Assembly: GCA_951406725.2 (NCBI GenBank)
Contig: OX597826.1
Coordinates: forward strand, 45,570,001-45,634,000
DNA length: 64,000 bases
Reading direction: 5' to 3'
DNA from: Octopus vulgaris
Lineage: Eukaryota
The translations under genes were made by a program, and so were the position numbers. How positions within the stretch are numbered: position 1 is the first letter of the stretch; each line of letters starts with the position of its first letter. The notes beneath the pieces were generated by a model that searched no databases, was not told the origin of the DNA, and worked only from the letters and a program-made list of their open reading frames with translations. Positions 31,622 through 47,219 of the stretch are shown here, in pieces.

Positions 31622-32422
31622 CGTTCATGCCCGTATACCTGCGAGAGTGCGTATTTATGTATGTATTTACGTGTGCATGTATACAATAATAAGCAATTCT
31701 AGATTTCAATTAATTCTGATTCGCCGTTGTTTAATAAGAAATGTGATAGAAAGAAAAAAAGACAAAAGCATAAACCGAAAGAAAAAAAAATTATATATAA
31801 TAGAAAAAGAAAGAAAAGAGAAGAAAAGAAAAGAAAAGAAAAAGGAAAAACAAATCATGTTAGTTGGAGATCTATTGCAGTGTGTTCTCGAGTTATAAAG
31901 ACTGCAATAAAATATATCGGTTTTTGGCCTTTATTAAAAGTCTGTGAGTAACGAAGTCCGCCATAGCTTGTCTGAAACCATACTTTTATCAGACAGAACC
32001 ACATTTAGCAAAACAGTTATTTTGATTAGGTAGAAATTATTTGGCTGCAGGGAAGTGACTTTAGAATTAACTATTGTTGCTAGAGAACTTAGAAAATGGT
32101 AAAGATCACTACAAGGTCTTGTCTTATTTTTAGATTGTTATTAACTTCACAGTTAGAGTGATGTTGTGTCTACTTCCTCTTCACTTCGAATTAGCTGTGT
32201 ATGCGTGTGTACAGATCTGTGTACGGAAGTGTGTGTGTGTGTGTATAGGTGTGTGTATGCGTAAGGAACTGTGTATGCGTATGTGTTTGTGTGCATGTGT
32301 ATGTCTGTGTGTCTCTGTGTGCACGTGTGTAAGGTGTATGTGTGTATGTATGCATACACGTATGTATGGTATGTATGTAGGAATGTATGTACACACACGA
32401 ATCTATATATATATATACACAT

Positions 32423-32476
<54 letters not shown>

Positions 32477-32622
32477 ATATAAGCTCATATATGTTTGTAT
32501 CTATATGTGTATGTTTATTATATACATACATACATATATATTTCTCTTGAATGAAACAGTTCTAGTCCTGTAGAAGCTCCTTCTATATAATAAATATATA
32601 CATATATATATATATACATACA

Positions 32623-32728
<106 letters not shown>

Positions 32729-33139
32729 ATATTCTCATCTTAATAATAATATAAATCGTGTTTCTTGTTCAGAAGAAATTGTGTGTGCATCAGTATGCAC
32801 GCGCGCGTGCATCTGTATGTATGTATGTATGTGCGCGCACGCACATTCAGTTAACTATATATCTATATTGAGTTTTTTTTGTGCAATAATTATTTACAAT
32901 TTGTTAATCTACGAAGTTGTGTTTTAAATTCCAGTGGGAAAGAAAGTGCTAACGGTTGCTGTTTTCTCTTTATATCACAATCTCATCTTTTCCTTCTCAG
33001 TTTCTGAAGGAATAAATACAGAGTTTTGTCTTCGTGTGTATGTAGAGAATTATGTATGTGTCTGTGTGTATGTGTGTCTGTGTCTGTATATGTATACGCA
33101 CACACACAGAGACATATATATGTGTATGTGTCTGTATAT

Positions 33140-33204
<65 letters not shown>

Positions 33205-33398
33205 TGTGTGTGTCTGTATGTCTGTATGTATATGTATGTGTATGTGTGTATATATATATTTGTGTATATATATGTATATATTTGATGTATAAAATGTGCA
33301 TCTACGTGCTGATAATGACATATACATCCACACGCATATATATACATATATATATTAAATATTAGTGTATGTATATATATTATATGATACACATATGC

Positions 33399-33439
<41 letters not shown>

Positions 33440-33457
33440 TATACTTTTTGTATTTAG

Positions 33458-33595
33458 TAGTGGTGATGGTGATTGCGATTGTGGTGGTGGTGGTGGTGGT
33501 GGTGGTGATAGTGGTGATGGTGGTGGTGGTGGTGGTGGTGATGGTGGTGGTGGTGGTGGTGGTGGTGGTGGTGACGGTGGTGGTGACGGTGGTTG
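33458..33595. repeat. (GGT)n microsatellite
   Basis: Direct reading. Confidence 0.95.
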
Positions 33596-35274
33596 TATTG
33601 CAGCGAAAAACATTTGTAACATTACTTGGCATGATCAAAGCACAGAACGCGCGCGCGCACTCTCTCTTTCTCTTTCTCTTTCTCTCTCTCACATACACAT
33701 ACATACACACACACACTCACACACACATTTCGTATTTAAACAAACGCAGCAAGAATTATACCAATTATGATTTGATTGCGACTTTAATGACTTTCGCAAA
33801 GTGATTAACATCACAAGAGGTGGAGACTATCAAAAGTCAGATTTACAAATTTAGTTTACCAAAAAAAAGTCTGAGGAAGCCTGTAGGTGGTTGCTCAAAT
33901 TTCTAGAAATAACAACTAAATTTCTCTTATATCACACACTACAATCCTTATACATGAAGTGATACATTGGAATAATGTTGTCTCTAGATGCACAGTATAA
34001 GAACAGTAAACGAGGTGGTCAAATTTGGAAAGCTTTTGATCGTAGATCTAAATGATACCAGCTTTTTTATAGAGTGACAGAAATAATTCTTGTTTTGGGG
34101 AGCAAGACCAGAAAACTTTTAGTAGGAAAAGATGTATTCCATTACATCGGCGCCAGTACTTGCCTGGTATTTTATTTCATCGACCTAGACGTGATTTGAA
34201 CCCTCAATCTAAAGAACCAGAAGTCCCGCTGTGCATTTTGTTTGACTCTGCCAGTTTACTGCCTTAATAGTCATTTCTACTATAAAAAAAATGACCTGAA
34301 ATTTTAGGGGAGTGGCTAGTTAATTACATTGGCCCCCATTGCTTGACCACTACTTATTTCATGGACCCTGAAGAGATGTAAGGCAAAGTCGAATTTGAAC
34401 AAAGAATGTAGATGCATGAAATTCTTCAAGACATTCCAAAAGTTCGCTTTATGGTGATAGTAATAATTAAAGTTTCTAAAGTTAGCACTTGCTCAAAATT
34501 TGGCAGGAAGAGTACATTTGTTTAGAGTTATTCCGGTATATGACTGCTACTTTTATTTTATCGACCCTAGAAGACATAAAGTCTAAGTTGAACGCAATGG
34601 GGTTCGAACACGAGAACGTTAAGAGAAATAACGAAATATGAATAATCTTTTGTTTATTTTGCCGCAAGAGCGACGGATGAGGATAAATTAAAGGGAAAAT
34701 ATAGACCAGTGAGCTTTACACCGATGAATCACGCGTGTTATGAAGACAAATCGGTGAAAATATTCACGCTCGAATTTGCTAGAATATATTGAGGAGGATT
34801 GGATACATTATTTCTACCAAAAATAAATATGATATGAAATATCTCAGAAAGGGCGCTATCTTGCTCCAGTCAAGGAACCTCACAGATCCTGGAGTAATCT
34901 GCGTAATCATATGCCAGTAGCGCCTCTTCAGGTGTTTGTTTTTACCCATATTTCTCTAACTATTTTATTATACCGTATAAAAGGGCAGTGGATTATCGAA
35001 ACCGTTAGTACGTCGGACAAAATTGCGATGAAGTATTTAGTTGTGGCTCTTTGCGTTCTGATTTCAAATACTGCTGCGTTCAGCTTTGCCTTTCATACTA
35101 AAATATCGGTCTTGCAGTGGGATAGTGGTTTCAACTAAATCTCAGTCCTCCAATCTGCAGTCCTTGTGCTTGAATTAGAAACCCATTATACTGTTAATAA
35201 GAAAACTGTTTGGCTGAGAAGTCCTGTTGCGTTCCAAGATGGGAAAGAGACGAATGATTCATTGATCTAAATTG

Positions 35275-35600
35275 ATTAATTTAATCAAGACATTATCCTT
35301 TTCTATTCATAAAATAATCGCATTGGCAAATTGTTGATCCCTCGGGCGTAAAATTCTTTAGATTTCAAAACAAAGAAACACTCGCTGTAGTTTCTAACCT
35401 CTTCACATTGAAGAAACAATTCATAAGCAATTGTTGCAATGATCTGATAGTTAGATGTAATAAAGTCAGGAGAGTGAGGAGGGTGACGTAAATCTTTGTA
35501 TTTAGTACCATAATCTTTTCCTAAGTGAGTTGAGCGAAATGTGGTTTTGCATTATCGTGTAAGAGCAACACCCTTTCAGGATTGACCAATGATGTACAAA
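35275..35600 (-). pseudogene. Mariner transposase C-terminal fragment
   Basis: Minus strand reads KGVALTR/LHDNAKPH-like and HPPHSPDF (HPPYSPDL motif). Confidence 0.7.
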
Positions 35601-37675
35601 TATATCTTGCCGCTTCCATTGCTAAAGAGCTCCTTTTGAATTCATACAGCATGCAGTTTCTGATATGGGTCTGGCCTAAACTCATTTTGAAAGGGTAAAT
35701 ATTAATACATATTTAACCACTATGGTAAGAAGAGAAATAACATTAGAATGTTAAAATTAATTCTTATTTTACCTTAATTATTGAAAACGTGCCTTCCAAG
35801 TGATCATGTCAAAACTGCGACAAGACTTTCTTTCCAATCAAATACTTTCGAGATTTTTGTATTTCGAATATCAGATTCGGAATCCTGAAATAAATAAATA
35901 AATAAATTCAATTTTTTTTTCTCTCTTTTTATTTTGGAACTGAAACGCTTTTCATCTAAAAATAAACATTATTAACGAATCTCAATCTAGTACTTTATCG
36001 ATGTATTTATATATTAATTACAATGAGATGAAGAACACGACAATTTTGTAATGTAATGGCCGTATTAGTTTTCGAAATAATGGAAGTATTTTGTAATTCA
36101 TTAATGAAAGCTTTCGTATTGTAATCTTTCACTTTCTGAAAACTTAAAAGGCTGTCGTTTCAATTTATTCAGGATTGAAATGTAATTTCCGAATGCAATC
36201 AAAACATATATCTGTACATCTCAAATGCAAAGAAATATATATGTATACAAAAAGCATATCTTATATTCGTAAATGCACACATATGGAAAATATAGAAGGC
36301 AGTTTTGAAATCTCCTAACTTTAATCACTATCTGTTTTTCTTTCTTTTGTAATATTTTGTTTCTTTTGTTTTATTTTTGTTTTCTTTACTAATTATTGCA
36401 GATTATGATCTCTGATGTTTAAAACATAAAAATTCGAAAGCCGATTGTGTATTTAAAAGCATAATAGTAAAACTCAGAGCGGCGGGAGGTTAAAATATCG
36501 ACTCTTAGACGTATAAGCACCAGACAAATGCCTTCCCGCAGATGTGGCATCCGGCCTATAGGCATAGCTGAAAGTAAGCTCACTTATCTGGTCACACGTG
36601 TGAAAGACCCATACTTCCGTTGTTTTTGTCGCTCGTTTGGGCGCATAAAAGGTGTAGTTTAAGCAGGAACATTCATAAATCTTTGGTTTCCTGGATGGTT
36701 ATATAATTTGTTGTTGATACACGTTATGAAAATTTATCAGTACGTAAGAGATATACCTTAATCATATTTAGCCACCTAAGGTGAAGAAGACGGAGAGTTA
36801 ATAGGGGAAAAAATCGACAATATATTCAGGGAAAATCTAGACGTCAATGAAAATCAACCGATCGGTGTCTCACTGAGAATTTTCAGCTCTGGAATTATAG
36901 ACAAATTGTAAAAATACGTGGTCGAGCAGTGAAACTAGACTCTAATAGTATGGCAGTGCCGTCAACTGATGCTGTTTGACAAACGCGCAGAACCTTGAAA
37001 CCAATGCCATAATTGCTGCTATACAGAAGCATGCCGAACAGCTGTTATCCCGTGAAATACGATTCTGGGTGTTAGCGGAGTCTATGATGAAAATAGCAAA
37101 GCCGCATTTCTTTGATTAGTAAGGGTGGATTAGCATTTATCTGTCAATCAGATGGCTTTGGCAAGAAGTGATAGTATGACAAATGACATTGAACTGACTA
37201 AAGAGAGGCACTTCTCTCTTCAACGAAGCCCACATCAACTCTTTAAAATAATACTGGAGGAGAAAAAGGTGAAGATAGAGAGGGAAGTACGTTTCTCCAA
37301 GAAATTTGTTGAAAGAGCGTGATGTAACGTGTATGGCCTGAGTGAATTAGCCTAGTCTTAACATATGGCAGTAAACTGGAAATTACAGGTAACAGAAAAA
37401 TATTTTTTTCTTTTGGTACTTAGGTTAATCTAAGATGTGCCGAAGTCCTTAGTCTACCTAGGTCGATGTCATTCTCATGGGACTAGTGTTATATTATAAA
37501 GGTTGCTTTTTCTTTTTTTTTTTTTTTCATTAGACTTTATTTTATTCTTCGGCGCGTCTATGTAACATCTATCACTGCTTCTTTGAATTTGCCCTCGTAA
37601 TGTCCGTCCGACCTTGTATTTAAAGTATTAATATTTATTTCAAATTTTGGTACAATTTCAGTAGAGAGGGTGAGT

Positions 37676-38190
37676 AACAAAATGTGTAAGACCGCCATCT
37701 TGCATAGAAATCAAAATCTTCAATATTCTCCCAAGTACTGATCACTGTCCAGATTTTATCTTGCAGCATGGTGAGGTACCTTTCAGCATGGTGAGGTACC
37801 TTTCAGCATTCTTGGTATTGCAAAGGATAAAAGGACTCACGATCCTGTCCGAAGTTATTCCACACAATAGAGTTACCTTGTACCAATTCTGCATTTTTTC
37901 AGAGGTAATACGAGGATCTTCTCCTGCCCAGTAGTGGCAATTGTGACAGTTCACAAACCCACCGATGTGCAATACTGCTTCATTACTCCAAAGGATATTT
38001 TCTAAGAGATCAAACTACGTTTGTAGTGCTTCTAAATTTCAAATAGTTAATCGATCTGAAAAAAACAACAACAACGTAGAATCAATGCCTATACATTAAA
38101 GAACATACACAACAAATTTGAGGAAAAAAATTATAGTTAATACATAAATTATAAGTATCTTAAAATAGGGAGTTACATTTCAATCACGCA

Positions 38191-38193
<3 letters not shown>
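37676..38193 (-). mobile_element. 5' half of a DD41D-type (rosa/Visitor-like) Tc1/mariner element
   Basis: TIR at ~38130-38193; WSNEAVLHIGGFVNCHNCHYW..YLTMLK..QDGGLTHF. Confidence 0.75.
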
Positions 38194-38259
<66 letters not shown>

Positions 38260-38261
<2 letters not shown>

Positions 38262-38412
38262 TTCAAATTCCGTCGAGGTCGACTTTGCCTTTTATCCTTT
38301 CGGGGTCGATAAATTAAGTACCAGTTGCGCACTGGGGTCGATGTAATCGACTTAATCCCTTTGTCTGTCCTTGTTTGACCCCTCTGTGTTTAGCCCTCTG
38401 TGGGTAGTAAAG

Positions 38413-38415
<3 letters not shown>
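38260..38415 (+). mobile_element. SINE family C body
   Basis: gttcaaattccgtcgaggtcgactttgcc...gggtagtaaagaaa. Confidence 0.85.
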
Positions 38416-38505
<90 letters not shown>

Positions 38506-38577
38506 GTTAGGAGAGAATGAGGCTAGTGTGCTCTGTTAAATGTCTTAAGTATTCATGATCGACTTCCTCCTAGTTTA

Positions 38578-38640
38578 TTGAGGGAGAAGTTAGGCATAAG
38601 AGGAATTAAATGCTGCGTACAAGAGAGAAGATTGCGCTGA
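38578..38640 (+). pseudogene. RTE-like LINE C-terminal fragment
   Basis: LREKLGIRGIKCCVQERRLR*, resembling the RRLRW motif. Confidence 0.5.
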
Positions 38641-39638
38641 TGCACATATATATTATCTATCTATCTATCTATCTATCTGTATTCTCTTTCTTAAAACTGG
38701 TGCGTATTTTAAATTGCATGTAAATTAGTATATTTGTAAATTACATGTATTAGTATATACTTACTATGTATATTATGCATATGTGTATACATATACCTTT
38801 ATATATCCATATACATATGGATACATATATATATGTATACATACACATGTATACATACACATGTATACATACACATGTATACATACATATATATATGTAA
38901 ATATACATACATGCATATATATATATACTCACACCAGCACACATACCTGTATGTATAGGTATCTATCTGTCTGTCTGTCTATCTCTCTCATTATCTATCT
39001 ATCTATCTATTTGTCTATCTATCTATCTCTATATATATAAACACACATATGTATATATGTATATATGTATGCATAGAGGTGCACAAATGTGAGTGTGTGT
39101 CTGTTTATACATACGTGTACATGTAAACTTGAATAAGTTCTGGGACACGCATCAGGATATTTTCGACGAATCATATAATTATACAGCAAAGAAAGTAAAT
39201 ATTTCTATCTCTATGTTAAACCAACAGCTAAATGACTCTATTATACATTTACAAAACACACTTAAATTTCACAAACTTCTCTTGAGATTGATGATTCACT
39301 GTTTCTGTCTAGAAAAAGCCAATTTTTTTCAATTTTTTTTTCACAATTCTGCATTGAGTTAAGACCGTGTTTTTTTTTGTTTCATTTCTTTTTTATGTTT
39401 TATGTCTTTTAAAAAAATTATTTGTTTAGTGTTTGTATTCCGTGTACTGATACCTTCTTTACAGTTATAATCAAGGAGAGTCGTAGTTATAATAACGACA
39501 CAAATATGTTAAGCTTTCGTGTTTGCTTGTCGCTTATGATGGTTTTTATAGCGTAGAATTCACCTTTAACGGGAAAGATAAGTACTACTTGTCTACCATT
39601 GAACCTGACCTGAAAACACAATAGCCTTATCCTCTTAA

Positions 39639-39678
<40 letters not shown>

Positions 39679-39851
39679 AGAGAAATTCACACCAACACGG
39701 AAATACACACACAAATACACGCACACATCATACACGGTCAAACACAATTATATATACAGCCGTGTATATACACATATACAATATTTACATGTAGGAAATT
39801 TTAAAAGGAAAATAATTTGGAATATAATATATGCAGGTGACACGTAACATT

Positions 39852-39882
<31 letters not shown>

Positions 39883-40092
39883 TTGCTAAAATTGCTTCCT
39901 ACAGAGTAAGATGGTCGGTCAAATAAGAAATACGCACACAGAGGCGTCATTTCTCAAGCGTATACAGAGATACACATATGTGTGTATGAACGTATACGTG
40001 CAAACCTGTACATGCATATACGCACACACGTAGACACACATACACTTATATATGTACGTATATATGTATGTATATATAAATATGTATATACG

Positions 40093-40124
<32 letters not shown>

Positions 40125-40170
40125 TATATATATATACATATGTATATATAGATACACAGTTGTGTATCTA

Positions 40171-40212
<42 letters not shown>

Positions 40213-40242
40213 TGTATATATCTATGCATGCGTAAGTATAAA

Positions 40243-40292
<50 letters not shown>

Positions 40293-40295
<3 letters not shown>

Positions 40296-40712
40296 TCTTT
40301 ACTCTTTTACTCTTTTACTTGTTTCAGTCATTTGACTGCGGCCATGCTGGAGCACCGCCTTTAGTCGAGCAAATCGACCCCGGGACTTATTCTTTGTAAG
40401 CCCAGTACTTATTCTATCGGTCTCTTTTGCCGAACCGCTAAGTGACGGCGACGTAAACACACCAACATCGGTTGTCAAGCAATGCTAGGGGGACAAACAC
40501 AGACACACAAACATACACACACACACACACACATATATATACATATATACGACGGGTTTCTTTCAGTTTCCGTCTACCAAATCCACTCAGAAGGCTTTGG
40601 TCGGCCCGAGGCTATAGTAGAAGACACTTGCCCAAGATGCCATGCAGTGGGACTGAACCCGGAACCATGTGGTTGGTAAGCAAGCTACTTACCACACAGC
40701 CACTCCTGCGCC
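40293..40712 (-). mobile_element. SINE family A, full length
   Basis: Reverse-complement similarity; (tactcttt)n tail. Confidence 0.9.
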
Positions 40713-40749
40713 TATATACTATCTACTATATGCACAAGGATGAATTATT

Positions 40750-41264
40750 GGGGTCGAGGGCTAGTCGATTACATTGGCCTCGGTGTTCCACTGGTATCTA
40801 TTTTATCAATCCTGAAATCATGACAGGCATAAGTCGACCTCCGCAAAATTTGAACTTAGAACGTAAAACCGGAAGAAAATGCCACTAAGTAGTTTGTCCG
40901 GTATGTTAACGATTTTGCCAGACCGGTCTTTTAATTGTTTACAATAATATTGGTTTCAAATCTTGACACAATGCCAGTAATTTCGTGGTAGGTGGTAAGT
41001 CGATTACGTAAACCCTAGTACTCAGCTGGTACTATTTTATAAGGCAAAGTCAGCTTCAGACGAATTTGAACTCAGTACGTAAAGATAGTCGAAATGCCAC
41101 TATGCATTTCGACCGGCGTGCTAAATATTCTGTCAGCTCTCTAGCTTCGCCTTAATATTAATATTAGTCTGAACATTTTAAATCCGCGGTCGACTTTGGC
41201 TTACATCATTTCGGGGTCGATAAAATAAGTGATAGTTGAGCACTGGGGTCGATATAATCGACTC
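40750..41264. mobile_element. Cluster of diverged SINE C copies (two minus, one plus truncated at 41264)
   Basis: Family C motifs. Confidence 0.7.
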
Positions 41265-41657
41265 CGTGAATGGCTATATGCCTATTGTCCTGGGAGATGG
41301 ATGGTTCGTCGAGGACCGTATGACTGGCCGGTTAGAAGACCTGATTTAGCACCCAGCGCATTTTTTCTTTAGGGTTGCTTAAAGGAGCATGTCTACTCTA
41401 CCAAACCAACGACTTGGAGGAACTTGACTGGCGAATACGAAAAGTTATGTCTTCCATCCCACAAAAGTTCCTGATGAAATCAGTTGATGCAGTTCCCGGG
41501 CGGTTTCAGAAGCTGATGGTGAATGCTGATGCCTATATCGAATTTTAGATAAAACTCCATGCTATACGCTTTCTTCACATACTCATTTTTTTTTAACACT
41601 TATAGTTAATAAAGAAATTATAAGTATTTTAAAATAGAAAGTTACTTTTCAACCACC

Positions 41658-41660
<3 letters not shown>
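41265..41660 (+). mobile_element. 3' half of the same DD41D-type element family
   Basis: REWL..PGRWMVRRGPYDWPVRRPDLAP..LKEHVY..IEF*; TIR ending ttttcaaccaccctg-TA matches the 38130-38193 TIR. Confidence 0.8.
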
Positions 41661-41749
<89 letters not shown>

Positions 41750-41751
<2 letters not shown>

Positions 41752-41902
41752 CTCTCCTTGTTTCTCACCTTGTTTTTTCTGTGTCCTTTTCTGTAGAAGA
41801 GCATAGGCTCGAAACGTATTAGACTTTTTCTATTCCTGAGCGTTATACTAATACATCTGTTTGTTTTGTACACCACCTGTCTTCGTCTTCTGTTTTTTTC
41901 GT

Positions 41903-41905
<3 letters not shown>
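41750..41905 (+). mobile_element. Penelope-like pseudo-LTR (P1-related) with variant hammerhead
   Basis: CTGTAGA-A-GAGC atag GCTC-GAAAC-GTA at 41791-41818, then the ttcctgagcg..taatac motif shared with P1. Confidence 0.6.
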
Positions 41906-41981
<76 letters not shown>

Positions 41982-43369
41982 TTCTGAGTGTGTGTGTGTG
42001 TGTGTGTGTATGGAGTGGTTATAAATTTGCGCATATGTGTGTGAACCTAGAAAGTTAATTCTATGTCGACTATTTTAAATTAACTATTTCCCGCAAGATG
42101 GCTTCATCTAACTGAATATAAAATGTATCGGCTTTTCTATTTGTTGATCTGTTTCTGAAAGTTTCATATCTAATCCCCTGTGACGGATAGCCTTATGCAT
42201 TTCTTTAAAGAGAACTTTCAGCGCCGCAAGACTTGATTAAGACAACGCAAAATTCTTTTCTATAGGGCCCTAGAAGCTTACCATTTTCATTTCTTATTTC
42301 TCTTTATAGACTACAAATCATTCGTAATTTATATGGACATTTTCAGTGAACATTTATGTCTTCTGAAATTTATGTTTCGTGTTATATATTATATGTATGT
42401 GGTGTCTTATTTTATACGCTTGTTTCGAATAATTATGCAAGAACTTTCTTACATAATTACTTAGGACATAAGTTTTAAACGCATTTCAGATTTCATAACA
42501 TCAACATTTAGATTTGTTTTTATTACCTATACTGACTAATCTACCCATCTACGATTGAGGCATAAAATGAAGGAGGGAAGTCATATCAGCAGTATGAGTT
42601 GAGAAATGTGTAAATGGGCTTGATAGATTACTGAATGATGTCTTAGAGAAATCACATTATTGTTGGTGATACAGCATTCTATAGCAGCTATATGGCATGT
42701 GTTTGCGCTTAAGTGACATGTGATGACGATTTACTCCCGAGCTGAAATAGGCTCCCAGCCTCTGTATCATGAATGGTTATATGGACCACTCCCAACGAAA
42801 GCCAGAGCTTCCTTCGACCACTACATAAAAAGCATTAAGAAAAAATGTTATTTAGATATACTTTTATTTTAATTGAATACACTATTTTACGCTTGTTTAT
42901 ACTCTTATATATTCAAACTTCATAAATTTCCTTATCTAAGTTATGAATCATATTCCTTTCGATAACATCAATATGATTACAAAACTTCTTTGTAGACGAT
43001 ATTTTCTCTTTGGTCGACGCTAATTTTCAAATTATTAGAGTTCATTGCTCTGCTCATAGCGACGTATAACTGGCCGTGTGTAAACATCGGTGTGGGTAAA
43101 AATAGACTTATACGATCTAAAGTCTAGCCCAGTGCCTTGTTTGCTGTGAATACGCGAGCGGTATCTTTCGGAATCTGCCCATCTATGATGGGAAACAAAA
43201 GGATAGTATCGCAAATCTAAACCCTCTAAATTCACGAACTATACGGTTGGAAATCCAGAGTTAATCCTCGTCGCCGGAATTTTAACAAAAAAAAAATCAA
43301 AGGTGATTTATTAATACAAAACTCAATATCGGTATTTGTTCACTTTATGGGCTTCAAAAAAGGAAATAA

Positions 43370-43700
43370 AAATTAAGGGTGAGTGGGTCTTCGGCAGAAT
43401 AGAGAGAGTTTCTGAGAAATGTTTCTTAGTGGAAGCACCTGATTGTTCTGAGCAGATTTTGACAGCTTTGATTCAACGATGGATTTTGACAGGGAGTCAC
43501 ATAGTAAGTGATAGCTGTCGATCATACCATAATATTGGGATTTTAAATGGTGGCGCATACACTCACGAGGTGATTGTACATGAGGAAAATATTAGAAACA
43601 TGTAGATGCGTGTTAAACGCAAGTCACGCTGTCGGTTTGGCACTTCAAGACGTTTGTTTGTTTCATATTTGCACGAATTTATATGGCGTAATTCAGTGGA
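43370..43700 (+). pseudogene. Merlin/IS1595-family transposase fragment
   Basis: GEWVFGRIER..KCFLV..LIQRWILTGSHIVSD..SY..H; then NM*MRVKRK..SYLHEFIWR. Confidence 0.8.
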
Positions 43701-44979
43701 GAAAAATAAAATATTTGTTCACTGCTTGGATGCTGTATCAGCTGTGTATGCAGTATGACTTAAAAGTAGGTTGACTTATTTCCTTTTGCTTCTTTTATTA
43801 GTTATCTCCCCCTGTATTTTTTTATTGATTTTTTACGCCCGTAAACTGAACAGTTACCCTCAATATCGACTAAATCATCATACTTTTTCACATTTTTATT
43901 TTGGTATAAATCTTCCTGACTACTTCCTTCGTAATCTTGATAAACATCGTGACCATCGGTCCAGTCGTTTGACCGTAAATGTGAGTGTGTATCTTTGTTT
44001 TCGTGTTTATCATCCAGCACTGCTTGGCAACTGGTGCTGGTGTGTTTAAGTTCTTCTAGCTTAGTGGTTCGCCAAAAGAAACCGCTATACTAAGAAGTAG
44101 ATTAAAGTAGTGAGGTCGATTCGTTCGACCAAAATTCTTCAAAGTGGTGCCCCAGCATGGCCACAGTTTAACGACTGAAACAAATAAAAGATTATATATA
44201 TGTGTGTGTGTGTGTGTATATAGATACATACATAAATATATATATGCGGTTGTGTATATGTTATAGGTTCTTTGTATTCTTTGTGGTAATATTAACTCAT
44301 GAATTTCTTTAAATTCGTTTTTACGAATATTTATGAAATAATCGCTATATAACACCGCCAGTCCTGGTGTTATCAGTTACTGATAAAACACACACTTTTC
44401 GTTTCATCAAAATTTCAAAAATATTAAACAACACAAAAAAGGTCATTGAAGAAAAACATTTTTTAACCAACTCAATATTTATGTATTTACATAACGCTAA
44501 AGTTTATAGCGTTAAAACAGCTACATATGTCTGTCTGTTTTTTTTGTTGTTTTTTTCTTACTTTATTATTAAACTTTTAAAGTTTAGTGATTGAATCTAA
44601 GAAGATATTTGACAGAGACACACGCACATGAAATGAAAATAAAAAAAAACAACATTTCCGTGTTAGAAAAATATATTATTACCACAAATAAGAAAGAAGT
44701 TTTTTTCAAAATTATTTATATCTGGTACGTAGGGTTTGATAGAAATTGTTTCGTATTTTTGCAATTTCACGCCCGCTAATCACAAACGTACATTGTAGGT
44801 CACCTAAAATACACACGCTCACACGCACACACGCACACGCATACACACACACCACACCACACTCACAGGCTCATACACCCACAAACATGTGTGTAGATAT
44901 ACATACACATATATATATATATATATATAGACAGATAGATATATATATAGATAGATAGATATACATATATATACATACA

Positions 44980-45011
<32 letters not shown>

Positions 45012-45191
45012 GATATATTTCTGCGTGTGAATGCATGTGTGTGTGTATGTCTGTATCTGTATATCTTTCTTTCTCTTTCTCTGAAGATATATACACACAT
45101 ACACATACACACATATATGTGTATGTATATATAAAGCGGTGTTCCAGCATGGCCGTAGTCTATTGACTGAAACAAGTAAAAGAATAAAAGA

Positions 45192-45240
<49 letters not shown>

Positions 45241-45248
45241 GTAAAAGA

Positions 45249-45364
<116 letters not shown>

Positions 45365-45377
45365 AGGTCTAAGGACG

Positions 45378-45429
<52 letters not shown>

Positions 45430-45911
45430 CAGAGAGACAGACATAGACATACACTTGTGAGTTTTTGTCTATGTGTGTGCGTGCGTTTGTATGTTATATA
45501 CGAACTTATCTGTAGTTTCAGTGTTATCATTAAAATACATTAATCAGATGTAATAAGCTGAACACTGTGCTAGATTAAACATTGATTTCACTGTATTAAG
45601 TATCACCATTTAAAAGAAGACTGTTATGTATAAACAATACAGAATACCGTAGACAAGAGAAATTCTATCCAAAACATCCTTTATAGAAAATATAGTCTTG
45701 CTTGTCGTATTTGACAAGAGCACAACCATTGGGAAAATGTCCTCTGTAATCAATAAGCTGAAAGCACTAAGGTCCAACGGTATCACATCTGAATGTCACA
45801 AGTACTTAATTTGAGTGCAATGTCAGCTCTGTCGATTCATTATACTGTGGTGACCTCTGTAAACTATAACAATCACATGTGTTAAGCGTTATGATCATTA
45901 CTGTTTAAATG

Positions 45912-46004
<93 letters not shown>

Positions 46005-46030
46005 CATATATATATATACATATATGTGTG

Positions 46031-46075
<45 letters not shown>

Positions 46076-46226
46076 TGTATGTTGTATGTATGTATATATA
46101 TATATATAATATATATATATATATGTGTATTCATACAGAGAGAGAGAAAGGGAGGGAGACCTGTATGTGGTTGAGTATATACAAAGCTTATGTGTATGAG
46201 TACCATATATATATATACTTACATAT

Positions 46227-46259
<33 letters not shown>

Positions 46260-47219
46260 TATATAATTTTCTACTTGGTTATATACACATATACACACAT
46301 ACATATGTGTAATTCGGTGTATTACGTATATAAATATACGTGTATATATGTCGGTGTGTATGTATGTATATATATATATACTCGTGTATGTATGTATATA
46401 ACACAACAATACATAAATACACGTATGCGTATCTATGTAAATATACGCATATATATGTGTGTGTGTGCGTTTGCGTATGTATGTATATATACATACATAA
46501 TACATATACGTGTATATATATATTTATACATATATATACATATATCATATATATATACATATAATATATATGTATATATACACACTTGCATACACACGCA
46601 CGCACACACATACACACTCACACACACATACATAAACAGACACTCTATGTATATTTATGTTTTCCTTTTATGATATCAGATAGTTTCAGTACGCCCACAA
46701 CACAATATCTCAAAACTTCCTTCTCAGAAAATCAACAATTTATCAGCATTTATCAAGTATCTGTCACCTTTCCAAACACTCCATCTTTCTTTCGCACAAG
46801 TAGATATAGTATTAGATACCAAACACAAACTTTCACACTTTTTAACACATGTTCTTCCAACAGATAACATTAACAGCTCCCACCTGATTTCCAGGTTTTT
46901 TTTTCTGTAAACGACTCACCAACTTCCGTTCGTCTACTTATTCGATTGAATGTTCCGACGGAGAATTTTTAACAGATATAAAGCAACACAACAGAAAGGT
47001 CGTTTATTTCTAGATTGAGGAAAACTATGATGCTTACACGCTTCATACACAACCTCCGTACCTCTGAGCTGAAGAAATGAACTCTATATCTATTACAGCC
47101 CGCTTAGTCTTGATTCTTTCCCTTGTAAGCTAACATTTTCGTTTAAATACGAAAGAATACTGAATGAAAAGTTCCTGGCTTTGGGTAAAACAAAATACAA
47201 GAGGATCCTTTCTCTAATA

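Noticed and set aside
36480-37400. Possible highly decayed piggyBac-like transposase
   Set aside because: Only faint motif resemblance; no TIR pair or TTAA duplication established
39470-39625. Protein-like short frames with AG acceptors on both strands
   Set aside because: Equally plausible either way, no donor site or homology
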